Source: an uncultured Alphaproteobacteria bacterium (GTDB taxonomy: Bacteria > Pseudomonadota > Alphaproteobacteria > ATCC43930 > CGMCC-115725). Taken from it: a stretch of DNA of 64,000 nucleotides. Positions 47,521-56,991 of this stretch are shown here, one piece after another. The DNA lies in NCBI GenBank assembly GCA_963734125.1, contig CAVTGB010000004.1, positions 71,779 to 135,778 on the forward strand. The letters are read 5' to 3'. The notes under the pieces are model-generated. The model had not been told where the DNA came from and searched no databases. It saw nothing but the letters and a program-made list of their open reading frames with translations. A program made the position numbers and the translations under genes. Numbering within the stretch: the first letter of the stretch is position 1; every line of letters begins with the position of its first letter.

Positions 47521-48306
47521 GCGCAAGAGGCGACGCGTGGCCGCCGCAACGTCGCCCGACCGCATCAGCGATTCGCCCACCAGAAAAGAGCGCGCGCCGG
47601 CAGCGGCGAGGCGGTCGAGATCAACGGGGCCGTTGAGGCCGCTTTCGCCGACGACAACGTGGCCGGGCGGCACCAGCGGCGCGAGGCTCTCGGTCGTCTG
47701 AAGATCGACCTTCAAGGTCTTCAGATCGCGGTTGTTGATGCCGATCAGCCGAGCCTCGAGACGGAGCGCGCGGTCGAGTTCGGCGCGATTGTGGACTTCA
47801 ACCAACACATCAAGTCCGAGCCCGGCCGCGGTGGCGGCAAGATCGCCCGCCATAGCGTCGTCGATCGCGGCCATGATGAGAAGGATGCAGTCGGCGCCGA
47901 GCACGCGGCTCTCGATCACCTGATAGGGATCGAGGATGAAATCCTTGCGCAAAACCGGGAGGCGGCAGGCGGCGCGGGCCGCCCGCAAATGGTCGTCGGA
48001 GCCCTGGAAATAGGGCGTATCGGTCAACACCGAAAGGCAGGTGGCGCCCCCCGTCTCATAGGCCTGCGCCAATGCCGGCGGGTCGAAATCGGCGCGGATC
48101 AGGCCGCGGCTCGGCGAGGCCTTTTTGATCTCGGCGATGAGGCCGTAGCGCCCGGCCTTCACCTGACCTTCGAGCGCATCGGCAAACGGCCGCACCGGGG
48201 GCGCATCGGCGAGCATCGCGCGCAGCGCCGCCTCCGGCCGCACCGCCTTCGAGCGCGCGACATGCTCGCGTTTCGCGGCGCAGATCTCAGTAAGGACGTC
48301 AGCCAT
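47137..48306 (-). CDS. trpC: indole-3-glycerol phosphate synthase TrpC (residues ~1-262), read through without a stop into MoaC
   Basis: 389-aa ORF: [16 protein letters not shown] ... [13 protein letters not shown] ... [13 protein letters not shown] ... [11 protein letters not shown] ... [10 protein letters not shown] ... ESG. No stop occurs in any frame near the TrpC/MoaC junction (about 47520). Confidence 0.9.
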   Translation of the reverse strand: MADVLTEICAAKREHVARSKAVRPEAALRAMLADAPPVRPFADALEGQVKAGRYGLIAEIKKASPSRGLIRADFDPPALAQAYETGGATCLSVLTDTPYFQGSDDHLRAARAACRLPVLRKDFILDPYQVIESRVLGADCILLIMAAIDDAMAGDLAATAAGLGLDVLVEVHNRAELDRALRLEARLIGINNRDLKTLKVDLQTTESLAPLVPPGHVVVGESGLNGPVDLDRLAAAGARSFLVGESLMRSGDVAAATRRLLRLPDLTHTDLEGRARMVDVSDKAETDRVAIAGARVVMKPETLARIQAGEIAKGDVLAVARLAGIMAAKRTAELIPLCHPLALTSVAVELVCVPERSCVEITATCRLQGRTGVEMEALTAAGIRCADDL

Positions 48307-49339
48307 CGCCGCCCCCCTCGTTGGTCATCGCGACCAGCCGGTCGAGCACCTGCCGAGCCGCGCCGCTGTCGATCGCCTCGGCGGCGATCGCGACCCCCGC
48401 CCTCAGATCCAGGGTGCGGCCCGCCACCACCAGCGCCGCGGCGCTGTTGAGCAGCACGACATCGCGCAGCGGGCCCGGCGCGCCGCCCAATACGTCGCGC
48501 ATCAATTGGGCGTTGTGCGCCGGCTCGCCGCCCTTCAGCGCCTCGAGCGTGACCCGCGCGAGCCCGACCTCTTCGGGGGTCACCTCGAAGCTTCTCACGC
48601 TGCCGTCGTTGAACTCGGCGACCGTCGTCACCCCGGCCGTCGTCAATTCGTCGATGCCGGAGCCGTGCACCACCCAGGCGCGCTCGGCGCCGAGCCGCCC
48701 CAAGACTTCGGCCATCGGCACCACCCATTCCGGCGCGTACACGCCGACCAGCTGGCGCCGCGTCCCGGCCGGGTTCGACATCGGCCCCAACAGGTTGAAG
48801 ATCGTGCGGGTGCCGAGCTCGACCCGGGTCGGCCCGACATGGCGCATTGCGCTGTGGTGGCGCGGCGCCATCAAAAAGCAGAACCCGATCTCCCACAGGC
48901 AGCGGCGTACGATCGTCATGTCGGCGTCGATATTGACGCCGAGCGCACTCAAGACGTCGGCCGCCCCCGAGCGCGATGAGAAGGCGCGGTTGCCGTGCTT
49001 GGCGACCGGGACGCCAGCGCCGGCGACGACAAGCCCGGTGGCGGTCGAGATGTTGAAAGTGCCGGAGGCATCGCCGCCGGTGCCGACCGTGTCGATCGTG
49101 CCCGGCGGCGCGTCGATCGCCAGCGCTTTGAGGCGCATCGTGCGCACCGCCCCGGTGATCTCGTCAACGGTTTCGCCGCGCATCCTGAGCGCCATCAGAA
49201 AGGCGCCGATCTGCGACGGCGTCGCGTTGCCGCTCATGATGATGTCGAAGGCGGCCTCGGCTTCGCTTTCGCTGAGCGCCCGGCCGGAAGCGATCTGGGC
49301 GAGGAGCGGTTTCAGATCGGTTATCGCCGCGGCGCTCAT
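48299..49339 (-). CDS. trpD: anthranilate phosphoribosyltransferase
   Basis: 346-aa ORF with [18 protein letters not shown] ... [21 protein letters not shown]-type motifs. It overlaps the trpC start by 8 nt. Confidence 0.95.
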   Translation of the reverse strand: MSAAAITDLKPLLAQIASGRALSESEAEAAFDIIMSGNATPSQIGAFLMALRMRGETVDEITGAVRTMRLKALAIDAPPGTIDTVGTGGDASGTFNISTATGLVVAGAGVPVAKHGNRAFSSRSGAADVLSALGVNIDADMTIVRRCLWEIGFCFLMAPRHHSAMRHVGPTRVELGTRTIFNLLGPMSNPAGTRRQLVGVYAPEWVVPMAEVLGRLGAERAWVVHGSGIDELTTAGVTTVAEFNDGSVRSFEVTPEEVGLARVTLEALKGGEPAHNAQLMRDVLGGAPGPLRDVVLLNSAAALVVAGRTLDLRAGVAIAAEAIDSGAARQVLDRLVAMTNEGGGDG

Positions 49340-49415
49340 CGGGAGGTTCTCCGTGTCATGGATCCGTTATATCAGCCTCTGCCATCGGGCGGTAACCGAA
49401 GGCGTCGCGGCGCGA

Positions 49416-49444
49416 TTGCGATACCGCCGCTCAGCTGATAGAGT
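49416..49444 (+). promoter_or_regulatory. possible sigma70-type promoter for the trp leader (TTGCGA-17 nt-TAGAGT)
   Basis: This is a hexamer match read by eye. The -10 element ends only 7 nt before the leader ATG, so the leader would be nearly leaderless. Weak evidence. Confidence 0.3.
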
Positions 49445-49451
49445 GCGGCCC

Positions 49452-49496
49452 ATGAGCACCGTGTCGCGTTCAACCAACTGGTGGTGGCCCGTCTAA
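49452..49496 (+). CDS. trpL: trp operon leader peptide MSTVSRSTNWWWPV (three consecutive Trp codons)
   Basis: ATG 49452 ... TGG TGG TGG at 49479-49487 ... TAA 49494-49496. It is visible as the tail of ORF 48321-49496 and lies 120 nt upstream of trpE(G). Confidence 0.8.
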   Translation: MSTVSRSTNWWWPV

Positions 49497-49524
49497 CCCG
49501 GGCGGCCACGATTCCCGTTGTTAT

Positions 49525-49560
49525 AGGCCGCCTTGGAGCACCGGGCGGCTTTCGCTTTTA
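49525..49560 (+). terminator. attenuator terminator hairpin plus T-rich tail
   Basis: AGGCCGCC - 11-nt loop (TTGGAGCACCG) - GGCGGCTT, followed by TCGCTTTTA. I pair 8 bp, including one G-U. Confidence 0.7.
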
Positions 49561-49615
49561 AGAAGGCGACGGCGGAACGGACCTCCGAGGCGATCCAAAC
49601 CCGGAGGGAAACCCC

Positions 49616-51787
49616 GTGCAGCGCACCTCCTACGAGACCAAGGGCGGCATCCGCATCGCGCGCGAGATCGTCACCCAACCCTACAGCCCCGCCGACACCG
49701 CGCTCGCCGACCGGCTCGATCATCAGCGCGGCGTCCTGTTTTCGTCGAGCTTCGAGTTTCCCGGCCGCTATACGCGCTGGGACATGGGCTTTGTCGACCC
49801 GCCGCTCGCTCTGACGGCGCGCGGCCGCCGCTTTGCCGTCGAGGCGCTCAACGAACGCGGGCGAATCTTGCTCGGCGCAGTCGGCGACCATCTCGCCCTT
49901 CTGCCGGCGGCCGAAATCCATCATCGGAGCAACGACCGCATCGAGGGCGAGATTCGCGAAAGCACGGTGCGGTTTCCCGAGGAAGAGCGCAGCCGCCAGC
50001 CGAGCGTCTTCTCGCTGTTGCGCACCTTGGGCGACCTCTTCGCCAGCCCAACGGACGATCAGCTCGGGCTCTACGGTGCTTTCGGCTACGATTTGGTGTT
50101 CCAGTTTGAGCCGGTGCCCCTCAAGCTCGCGCGCCCCGATGATCAGCGCGACCTCGTCCTCTACCTGCCGGACGAGATCCTGATCGTCGACCACATGCGC
50201 CAGGCGGCCGCGCTCTACCGCTATGAATTCGAAATCGGCGGGCGATCGACCGCGAGCCTGCCGCGTGCGACCCCGCCGGCGCCCTATCGCCGCGACCCGG
50301 AAGCGGCGGTGCCGCCGGAGAGCGATCATGGCCCGGGCGAATACGCCGCGCTGGTGCGCCGCGCCAAGGAATCGTTCGTGCGCGGCGACCTGTTCGAGGT
50401 CGTTCCCGGCCAGCTTTTCGCCACCCCCTGCGCCGACAGCCCAAGCCTCGTCTTCCACCGGCTGCGTCAGGCCAACCCGGCCCCTTATGGAGCCCTTATC
50501 AATCTTGGGCACGGCGAATTCCTTGTGTCGGCTTCGCCCGAGATGTTCGTGCGGGTCGAGGGGCGGCGGATCGAGACCTGCCCGATCAGCGGCACGATCC
50601 GGCGGGGCCGCGACGCCATCGAAGATGCCGACCGCATCCTCGAACTCTTGAACTCGAAAAAGGACGAGAGCGAACTGACGATGTGCACCGATGTCGACCG
50701 CAACGACAAGTCGCGGGTGTGCGTCGCCGGCAGCGTCAAGGTCATCGGGCGGCGCCAGATCGAGATGTATTCGCGCCTCATCCACACCGTCGATCATGTC
50801 GAGGGCGAATTGCGCTCCGAGTTCGACGCGCTCGACGGGTTCCTCAGCCACGCCTGGGCGGTGACGGTGACCGGCGCGCCAAAGCTCTGGGCGATCCGCT
50901 TTATCGAAGAGGAGGAGCGCTCGCCGCGCCGGTGGTATGGCGGCGCGATCGGCCGCGTCACCTTCGACGGCAACATGAATACCGGGCTGACGCTGCGCAC
51001 GATCCGGATGACCGGCGGCGTGGCCGAGATCCGCGCCGGGGCGACGCTCCTCTTCGACAGCGACCCCGATGCCGAAGAAGCCGAGACCCGGCTTAAGGCC
51101 GCCGCGCTCTTCACCGCGATCCGCGGCGCCGGCGGCGCAACCTCCCGCCCGGGGGCAACGCCGGCCCGGCAATCAGCGCGCGGCCGCAAGGTGCTGCTGA
51201 TCGATCACGAGGATTCGTTCGTCCACACGCTCGCCGGTTATTTCCGCACAACGGGGGCGGAGGTGACAACGCTGCGCCATGATTTTGCACGCGCGCAGCT
51301 GCGGGGCGGTCTCGCTCCAGATCTCGTCGTGTTGTCGCCGGGGCCCGGCCGCCCCACCGATTTCGCGATTCCCGAAACGCTCGACCTGTTGCTCGAACGC
51401 GGCATCCCGGTCTTTGGCGTGTGCCTTGGGCTGCAAGGCATCGTCGAATATTTCGGCGGATCGCTCGGCATCCTCGAGGTGCCGATGCACGGCAAACCCT
51501 CGGTCGTGCGCACCCTGCCGGGCCGCCTCATGCGCGGCTTGCCCGGGCGCTTTACGATCGGGCGCTATCATTCGCTCTACGCGGTGCGCGAAGGATTGCC
51601 GGCGGTGCTCAAGGTCGTGGCCGAGACCGAGGAGGATCGCGTCATCATGGGAATCGAGCACGCTTCGCTGCCGATCGCGGCGGTGCAGTTTCATCCCGAA
51701 TCGGTGATGACCTCACCCGGCGAAATCGGCATGCCGATCATCGAGCAAGCGCTCGCGCTGCTCTGCGAGCCGGCGGCGGTGAAATAG
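49616..51787 (+). CDS. trpE: anthranilate synthase, fused component I-component II (TrpE-TrpG)
   Basis: 723-aa ORF with a GTG start and GGAGGGA upstream. It has a chorismate-binding domain (GAFGYDLVFQFE ... SPEMFVR ... TMCTDVDRND). It also has a C-terminal class I glutamine amidotransferase domain (VLLIDHEDSFVHTL ... GVCLGLQG ... QFHPES). This architecture is known from Rhizobium and Azospirillum. Confidence 0.95.
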   Translation: MQRTSYETKGGIRIAREIVTQPYSPADTALADRLDHQRGVLFSSSFEFPGRYTRWDMGFVDPPLALTARGRRFAVEALNERGRILLGAVGDHLALLPAAEIHHRSNDRIEGEIRESTVRFPEEERSRQPSVFSLLRTLGDLFASPTDDQLGLYGAFGYDLVFQFEPVPLKLARPDDQRDLVLYLPDEILIVDHMRQAAALYRYEFEIGGRSTASLPRATPPAPYRRDPEAAVPPESDHGPGEYAALVRRAKESFVRGDLFEVVPGQLFATPCADSPSLVFHRLRQANPAPYGALINLGHGEFLVSASPEMFVRVEGRRIETCPISGTIRRGRDAIEDADRILELLNSKKDESELTMCTDVDRNDKSRVCVAGSVKVIGRRQIEMYSRLIHTVDHVEGELRSEFDALDGFLSHAWAVTVTGAPKLWAIRFIEEEERSPRRWYGGAIGRVTFDGNMNTGLTLRTIRMTGGVAEIRAGATLLFDSDPDAEEAETRLKAAALFTAIRGAGGATSRPGATPARQSARGRKVLLIDHEDSFVHTLAGYFRTTGAEVTTLRHDFARAQLRGGLAPDLVVLSPGPGRPTDFAIPETLDLLLERGIPVFGVCLGLQGIVEYFGGSLGILEVPMHGKPSVVRTLPGRLMRGLPGRFTIGRYHSLYAVREGLPAVLKVVAETEEDRVIMGIEHASLPIAAVQFHPESVMTSPGEIGMPIIEQALALLCEPAAVK

Positions 51788-51800
51788 AAACGCGTCAGGC

Positions 51801-53687
51801 TCAGAACATGCGGTCGAGTGCATCGCGCTTGATCTCGACCGGGTAGCGCTTGCCGAGGAGCTTGGTGAATTCGCCGATGATGCCGGCTCGGGCGTCGCCC
51901 GCCAGCTGATCCGACAGCCCTTGGGCGGCCGCGTCGGGAATGGTTTCGGGCGACTGGATCTCCTTCAACTGCGCGGTATAGGCGGTGGTGTCGTCGCTCG
52001 CGGTGACGACATCGCCCTGCTTTGCCGCGAACAGCTTGGCCACGAGCGCCGGCGGCACGCTCTGGCCCTTTTCCGCATCGCGCGACAACGGCGCCGCAGG
52101 CATCAGCGCCAAGCCCTGGTCGCCCGCCGCCTGGGCAAGCCTCACCCCGGGGTTGACCGCGGCGGCGAGGGCTTCGGCGTCTTTCTTCACACGCGCGCGC
52201 TTCTGCTCGGCCTGCCAGGCGGCGATCGCCTGGTCCTTGACCTCGGCCAGCGGCCTTACCTGCGGCGGGCTGACCTTGTCGACGTGGACAGCGAAAATCG
52301 AACCGTCATCGGTATCGATGATCCGGCTGGTGTCGCCCTGGCTGGTGGCGAAGACGGTTTTGAGGATATCAGGGGGTACGACGGGGAGCGTGATCGCCTT
52401 GCCTTGGGGATCGTGACCGCCCTCGTCGGATGCCGCGATGGTCGCTGTCTTCAACTGGTATTTGGCGGCGACGTCGGCCAATGCGGCGCCGCCGGCGAGG
52501 GCGTCGTCGGCCTCGTTGCCGATCTTGTCGAGGCGATCGGCCGCATCCTGCTGCTTCAACGCGGCCTCGATCTTGGGCTTGGCCTCCTCAAAGCTCTGCG
52601 TTGCCCCCGGCTCGATCTTGACGACCCGCAGAATGTGCCAGCCGAGCGGGCTTTTTACCGGCTGACTCACCTGGTTGAGCGGCAATTCGAACGCAACGTC
52701 GCCCAGTTCGTGCGGTATGTCCTTGCGGCTCAAGAGCCCGAGGTCGACGGTGTCCGGGTCCTGCCCCTCCATCGTCGTCGCGACTTCCGTCCAATCCTCG
52801 CCCGACGCGACCGCCGCCGCGGCCTCGTTGGCCTTGTCTTCGGAGGGCGCGAGGATCTGCTGGATGTCGCGCCGCTCCGGTGTCTCGAAATCGTCCTTGC
52901 GCTCGGTGTATTCCTTGCGGAGCTTGTCCTCCGCAATTGCGCCGTTGGGTTCGAGATCGGCGGGAGACAGGCTCGCCACCGTGAAGCCGCGGTACTCCGG
53001 GGCGCGGAACAGATCGGGATGGTCCTTGTAGAATTTGTCGAGATCAGTCTCGCTCGGCGCACCGATATCGGTGACCGAAGCGGCCGGGAAGGCGACGATG
53101 TCGGCGAGCCGCTTTTCATTGCGATAGCGGTAGAGGGCTTCGACCACCGGGCGCGGCAAGCCGATGCCGGCGGTAATCGCCTGCAGCATGTCGCTGCGCG
53201 GGATTTCCTGCCGCAATCGCGCCACCAGCTGATCCTCGCTCAGCCGGTTGGCGCTCAGCAACCCGGCGAAAAGCTGGCGGTCGAACTTGCCGTCGGCCCC
53301 GCGGAACGCCGGGTTGGAATAGATCGCGTCGCGCACCTCGGCGTCCGACACATCGAGGCCGAGCCGCGCGGTTTCCTGGTCGAGGAGGCTCCTGTCGACC
53401 AATTGCCCGAGCAGGGTCTCGAGGATTCCCAGCTGCTTCACCTGGCTTGGGTCGATCGTGGTGCCGAATTGCGCCCGCAGGCGCTCCAGCGCAGGCACCA
53501 ACGCCGCCTGCAAATCCTCGGCGCGAATGCTTTGGGACCCGACCGTGGCGATGACGGTATCGGGCGAGTGCCCCTGGTAATAATCCGATCGGGTATAGAT
53601 GCCCCAGAACCCGAACGAGAGGATCAACAGCCCGAAAAGGACCTTGACGACGATGGAGCCCGCTCTGCCCCGGATCCATTGCATCAT
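51801..53687 (-). CDS. ppiD: peptidyl-prolyl isomerase, PpiD/SurA-like periplasmic chaperone
   Basis: ORF 51801-53792, with the likely start at MMQWIRGRAGSIVVKVLFGLLILSFGFWG (N-terminal anchor). The parvulin region is SPLGWHILRVVKIEP. Confidence 0.85.
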   Translation of the reverse strand: MMQWIRGRAGSIVVKVLFGLLILSFGFWGIYTRSDYYQGHSPDTVIATVGSQSIRAEDLQAALVPALERLRAQFGTTIDPSQVKQLGILETLLGQLVDRSLLDQETARLGLDVSDAEVRDAIYSNPAFRGADGKFDRQLFAGLLSANRLSEDQLVARLRQEIPRSDMLQAITAGIGLPRPVVEALYRYRNEKRLADIVAFPAASVTDIGAPSETDLDKFYKDHPDLFRAPEYRGFTVASLSPADLEPNGAIAEDKLRKEYTERKDDFETPERRDIQQILAPSEDKANEAAAAVASGEDWTEVATTMEGQDPDTVDLGLLSRKDIPHELGDVAFELPLNQVSQPVKSPLGWHILRVVKIEPGATQSFEEAKPKIEAALKQQDAADRLDKIGNEADDALAGGAALADVAAKYQLKTATIAASDEGGHDPQGKAITLPVVPPDILKTVFATSQGDTSRIIDTDDGSIFAVHVDKVSPPQVRPLAEVKDQAIAAWQAEQKRARVKKDAEALAAAVNPGVRLAQAAGDQGLALMPAAPLSRDAEKGQSVPPALVAKLFAAKQGDVVTASDDTTAYTAQLKEIQSPETIPDAAAQGLSDQLAGDARAGIIGEFTKLLGKRYPVEIKRDALDRMF

Positions 53688-53830
53688 GGCGCAAAATGCC
53701 CGATTTGGCGGGTGTCGCGGTCGGTTGACCTCGGCAAATCCCGGTGTGATCGTAGTCGGGAAGATAGAGATGGCCCGGCCCGGCCGCAACATCGCCCGAT
53801 TGCGGCGCGCCGGGCGCGGGGAGAGGGAAA

Positions 53831-54577
53831 ATGCCTGAACGGAAACAGCTTGTGGCCGGCAACTGGAAGATGAACGGGCGGCGCGCCGACGGTATCGCGC
53901 TGGCCCGCGCCATCGCCGAGCGGGCAGGGGGGCGGCATGCCTGCGACCTCCTGGTCTGCCCGCCCTTCACGCTGCTCGCATCAATTGGCGAAGTACTTGG
54001 CGGCGAGGCCCTCGCCGGCAGCGCTGTCAGCCTCGGCGGCCAGGATTGTCATGCCGCGCCGGCCGGGGCCTTCACCGGCTCGATCAGCGCTGAGATGCTG
54101 CAGGATGCCGGGTGCAGCCACGTCATTCTCGGTCATTCCGAGCGCCGCCATGGGCTCGGCGAAACCGACGCCGATGTGCGGGCGAAGGCCGAGGCCGCGT
54201 GGCGCGCCGGGCTCGTCGCGATCGTCTGCGTCGGCGAGACCCGTGCCGAGCGCGAAGCGGGCAGCGCGGTCGCGGTTGTCACCGCGCAGCTTGCCGGCTC
54301 GCTGCCCGAAAACGCCGAGGCCCAGCGCCTCGTCATCGCCTACGAGCCGGTCTGGGCGATCGGCACCGGGCTCGTCCCGACTAATGCCGACATCGCCGAC
54401 ATTCATCGGGCGATCCGCAGCCATATCCCGTCGGGCACGCGGATCCTCTACGGCGGCTCGGTCAATCCGAAAAACGCCGCCGAGATCTTGGGCCTGCCCG
54501 ATGTTGACGGCGCCCTCGTCGGCGGCGCCAGCCTGAAGGCCGAGGATTTTTGGGCCATCGCCGCGGCCTGTCGCTGA
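53831..54577 (+). CDS. tpiA: triose-phosphate isomerase
   Basis: 248-aa ORF with VAGNWKMNG ... ILGHSERR ... IAYEPVWAIGTG ... YGGSVNPKNA. Confidence 0.95.
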   Translation: MPERKQLVAGNWKMNGRRADGIALARAIAERAGGRHACDLLVCPPFTLLASIGEVLGGEALAGSAVSLGGQDCHAAPAGAFTGSISAEMLQDAGCSHVILGHSERRHGLGETDADVRAKAEAAWRAGLVAIVCVGETRAEREAGSAVAVVTAQLAGSLPENAEAQRLVIAYEPVWAIGTGLVPTNADIADIHRAIRSHIPSGTRILYGGSVNPKNAAEILGLPDVDGALVGGASLKAEDFWAIAAACR

Positions 54578-54685
54578 GCGGCCGTCGGATGAGATGTCGC
54601 GCGCCGGCCACCGCCTGTAGCCAGCCGCCGGGGAAACGCCTACATAGAGCCCTGACCCCGAACTGACCGAGACGCCGCGCCGCCC

Positions 54686-55078
54686 ATGATCATATTGCTG
54701 TTCGTTATCCACGTCCTGATCGCGATCTCGCTCGTCGGCGTCGTGCTCTTGCAAAAGAGCGAAGGTGGTGCGCTCGGCATGGGGGGCGGCGGCATGTCCG
54801 GGTTCATGACCGGACGCTCGACCGCCAACCTGTTGACCCGCACCACCGCGATCCTCGCCGCGGCGTTCTTCGCGACCAGCATCCTCCTCGTAATGCTGAG
54901 CAATTCGACCCGCGCGCCGCGCTCGATCATCGACGAGGGCGGGCCGCCGCCGGCGCTGCCCGCCGGTCCCGCCGCTCCGGCGCTGCCCGCCGGTCCCGCC
55001 GCTCCAGCGCTGCCGAACCCGGCCGCCCCGGCCCTGCCTGCCCCGCCCGCCCCACCAACCGCGCCACTGGCCAAGTGA
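54686..55078 (+). CDS. secG: preprotein translocase subunit SecG with a Pro/Ala-rich C-terminal tail
   Basis: MIILLFVIHVLIAISLVGVVLLQKSEGGALG ... LTRTTAILAAAFFATSILL is a canonical SecG core. It is followed by PALPAGPAAPALPAGPAAPALPNPAAPALPAPPAPP. Confidence 0.9.
   Translation: MIILLFVIHVLIAISLVGVVLLQKSEGGALGMGGGGMSGFMTGRSTANLLTRTTAILAAAFFATSILLVMLSNSTRAPRSIIDEGGPPPALPAGPAAPALPAGPAAPALPNPAAPALPAPPAPPTAPLAK
54953..55006. repeat. 27-bp tandem repeat x2 (plus a partial third) inside the secG 3' end
   Basis: GCGCTGCCCGCCGGTCCCGCCGCTCCG / GCGCTGCCCGCCGGTCCCGCCGCTCCA / GCGCTGCCGAACCC... Confidence 0.85.
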
Positions 55079-55250
55079 GTTACGCCGGCGGACTGCCTCT
55101 GCCGCGCATCGATTCGACGAATTGTCGGGAGGCTACCGCCGTCCCGGCCGCATGCGGGCCGGAGGTCCGCGGCCCCAATCGTGCGGCGAAACCACGCCGC
55201 GACGAGATTGCCATGGGACGCGCCCGCCGGTTGCTATACACTGAAGGTCC

Positions 55251-56879
55251 ATGACGCGGTTCATCTTCATCACCGGCGGCGTGGTCTCCTCCCTCGGCAA
55301 GGGTTTGTGCTCGGCGGCGCTCGGCGCGCTGTTACAGGCGCGCGGCTTTACGGTGCGCCTGCGCAAGCTCGACCCCTACCTCAACGTCGATCCCGGCACG
55401 ATGAGCCCCTACCAGCACGGGGAGGTCTACGTCACCGACGACGGCGCCGAGACCGATCTCGATCTGGGACACTACGAGCGCTATGTCGGGGTCGCCGCGA
55501 GGAAGAGCGACAGCGTCACCACCGGCCGCATCTATTCGACGGTGATCGGCCGCGAGCGGCGCGGCGAATATCTGGGCGCCACGGTGCAGGTCATCCCGCA
55601 CGTCACCGACGCGATCAAGGAATTCATCCTCGCCGATCTCGCTGACGAGGATTTCGTGCTGTGCGAGATCGGCGGCACGGTCGGCGACATCGAAAGCCTG
55701 CCGTTCCTGGAAGCGATCCGTCAGCTCGGCAACGAACTCGGCCGCGAGCGCGTGATGTTCGTCCACCTGACGCTGGTGCCGTGGATCAACTCGGCCGGCG
55801 AATTGAAAACGAAGCCCACCCAGCATTCGGCGAAGGAGCTGTTGGGGCTCGGCATCCAGCCCGACATCCTCCTATGCCGCTGCGACCGGCCGATCCCGGA
55901 AGGCGCCCGCAAGAAGATCGCGCTGTTCTGCAATTTGCGCGAATTGCGGATCATTCCCGCGCTTGATGTCGACACGATCTACGCCGTGCCGGCCGCCTAT
56001 CACGCCGAGGGGTTCGACCGCGAGGTCTGCGCCCATTTCGGGCTCGATGCGCCCGAACCCGACCTCACGCGCTGGGACGCGATCGTCAACCGCATCCGCC
56101 GCCCCGAGGGCGAGGTCACGATCGCCATCGTCGGCAAGTACACCCACCTGCCCGACAGCTACAAATCCTTGGCCGAGGCGATGACCCATGGCGCCATCGC
56201 CAACAACATCCGGGTCAACCTCGACTGGATCGATTCGGAGACGTTCGAAACCGAGGCGGAGGCGTTGCTGCGGTTGGAGGGCGTGCACGGCATCCTGGTT
56301 CCCGGCGGGTTCGGCGAGCGCGGCACCGAAGGCATGATCGAAGCCGTGCGCTTTGCCCGCGAGCGCTCGGTGCCATATCTCGGACTGTGTTTCGGCCTGC
56401 ACATGGCGGTGATCGAAGCGGCGCGGCACCTCGCCAAGCTGAAGGGCGCCGGCTCGACCGAGTTCGGTCCGTGCGAGCACCCGGTCATCGGTCTGATGAC
56501 CGAATGGATCCGCGGCAACGAGCTCGAACAGCGCAGTGTCAACGGCGATCTCGGCGGCACGATGCGGCTCGGCGCCTACGATGCCGTGCTCAATCCCGAA
56601 AGCCACGTCGCCGAAGTCTACGGTACGACCCATATCAGCGAGCGGCACCGTCACCGGTACGAGGTCAACATCGCCTATCGCGACACTCTGGAAGCGGCGG
56701 GATTGCGGTTCTCCGGCATGTCGCCCGACGGCCTCCTGCCGGAGATTGTCGAAATCCCCGGCCATCCCTGGTTCATCGGCGTGCAGTTCCATCCCGAGCT
56801 GAAATCGAAGCCGTTCGAGCCGCACCCGCTATTCACCTCGTTCGTCAAGGCCGCCCTCGACCAGTCGCGCCTGGTGTAG
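55251..56879 (+). CDS. pyrG: CTP synthase
   Basis: 542-aa ORF with [18 protein letters not shown] ... [17 protein letters not shown] ... [12 protein letters not shown] ... HRHRYEVN. Confidence 0.97.
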   Translation: MTRFIFITGGVVSSLGKGLCSAALGALLQARGFTVRLRKLDPYLNVDPGTMSPYQHGEVYVTDDGAETDLDLGHYERYVGVAARKSDSVTTGRIYSTVIGRERRGEYLGATVQVIPHVTDAIKEFILADLADEDFVLCEIGGTVGDIESLPFLEAIRQLGNELGRERVMFVHLTLVPWINSAGELKTKPTQHSAKELLGLGIQPDILLCRCDRPIPEGARKKIALFCNLRELRIIPALDVDTIYAVPAAYHAEGFDREVCAHFGLDAPEPDLTRWDAIVNRIRRPEGEVTIAIVGKYTHLPDSYKSLAEAMTHGAIANNIRVNLDWIDSETFETEAEALLRLEGVHGILVPGGFGERGTEGMIEAVRFARERSVPYLGLCFGLHMAVIEAARHLAKLKGAGSTEFGPCEHPVIGLMTEWIRGNELEQRSVNGDLGGTMRLGAYDAVLNPESHVAEVYGTTHISERHRHRYEVNIAYRDTLEAAGLRFSGMSPDGLLPEIVEIPGHPWFIGVQFHPELKSKPFEPHPLFTSFVKAALDQSRLV

Positions 56880-56885
56880 AGCTTG

Positions 56886-56969
56886 TCCGCGTTCCCGGCG
56901 AAGGCCGGGACCCATTGATCCGCGTCCCAGGCGATTGAAAAATGGGTCCCGGCCTTCGCCAGGAACGTG
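56886..56969. repeat. REP-like inverted repeat, family A
   Basis: TCCGCGTTCCCGGCGAAGGCCGGGACCC ... GGGTCCCGGCCTTCGCCAGGAACGTGA. Confidence 0.75.
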
Positions 56970-56991
56970 AAGTCAGGGAGATCGGGAGAGC

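Larger units (their letters stand above)
49452..49560 (+). promoter_or_regulatory. ribosome-mediated transcription attenuator of trpE(G)
   Basis: Alternative pairings were read by hand. Segment 2 GGCGGCC (49501-49507) can pair with segment 3 GGCCGCC (49526-49532) as an antiterminator. Segment 3 can instead pair with GGCGGC (49544-49549) as a terminator. Segment 1 overlaps the Trp codons. Confidence 0.75.
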
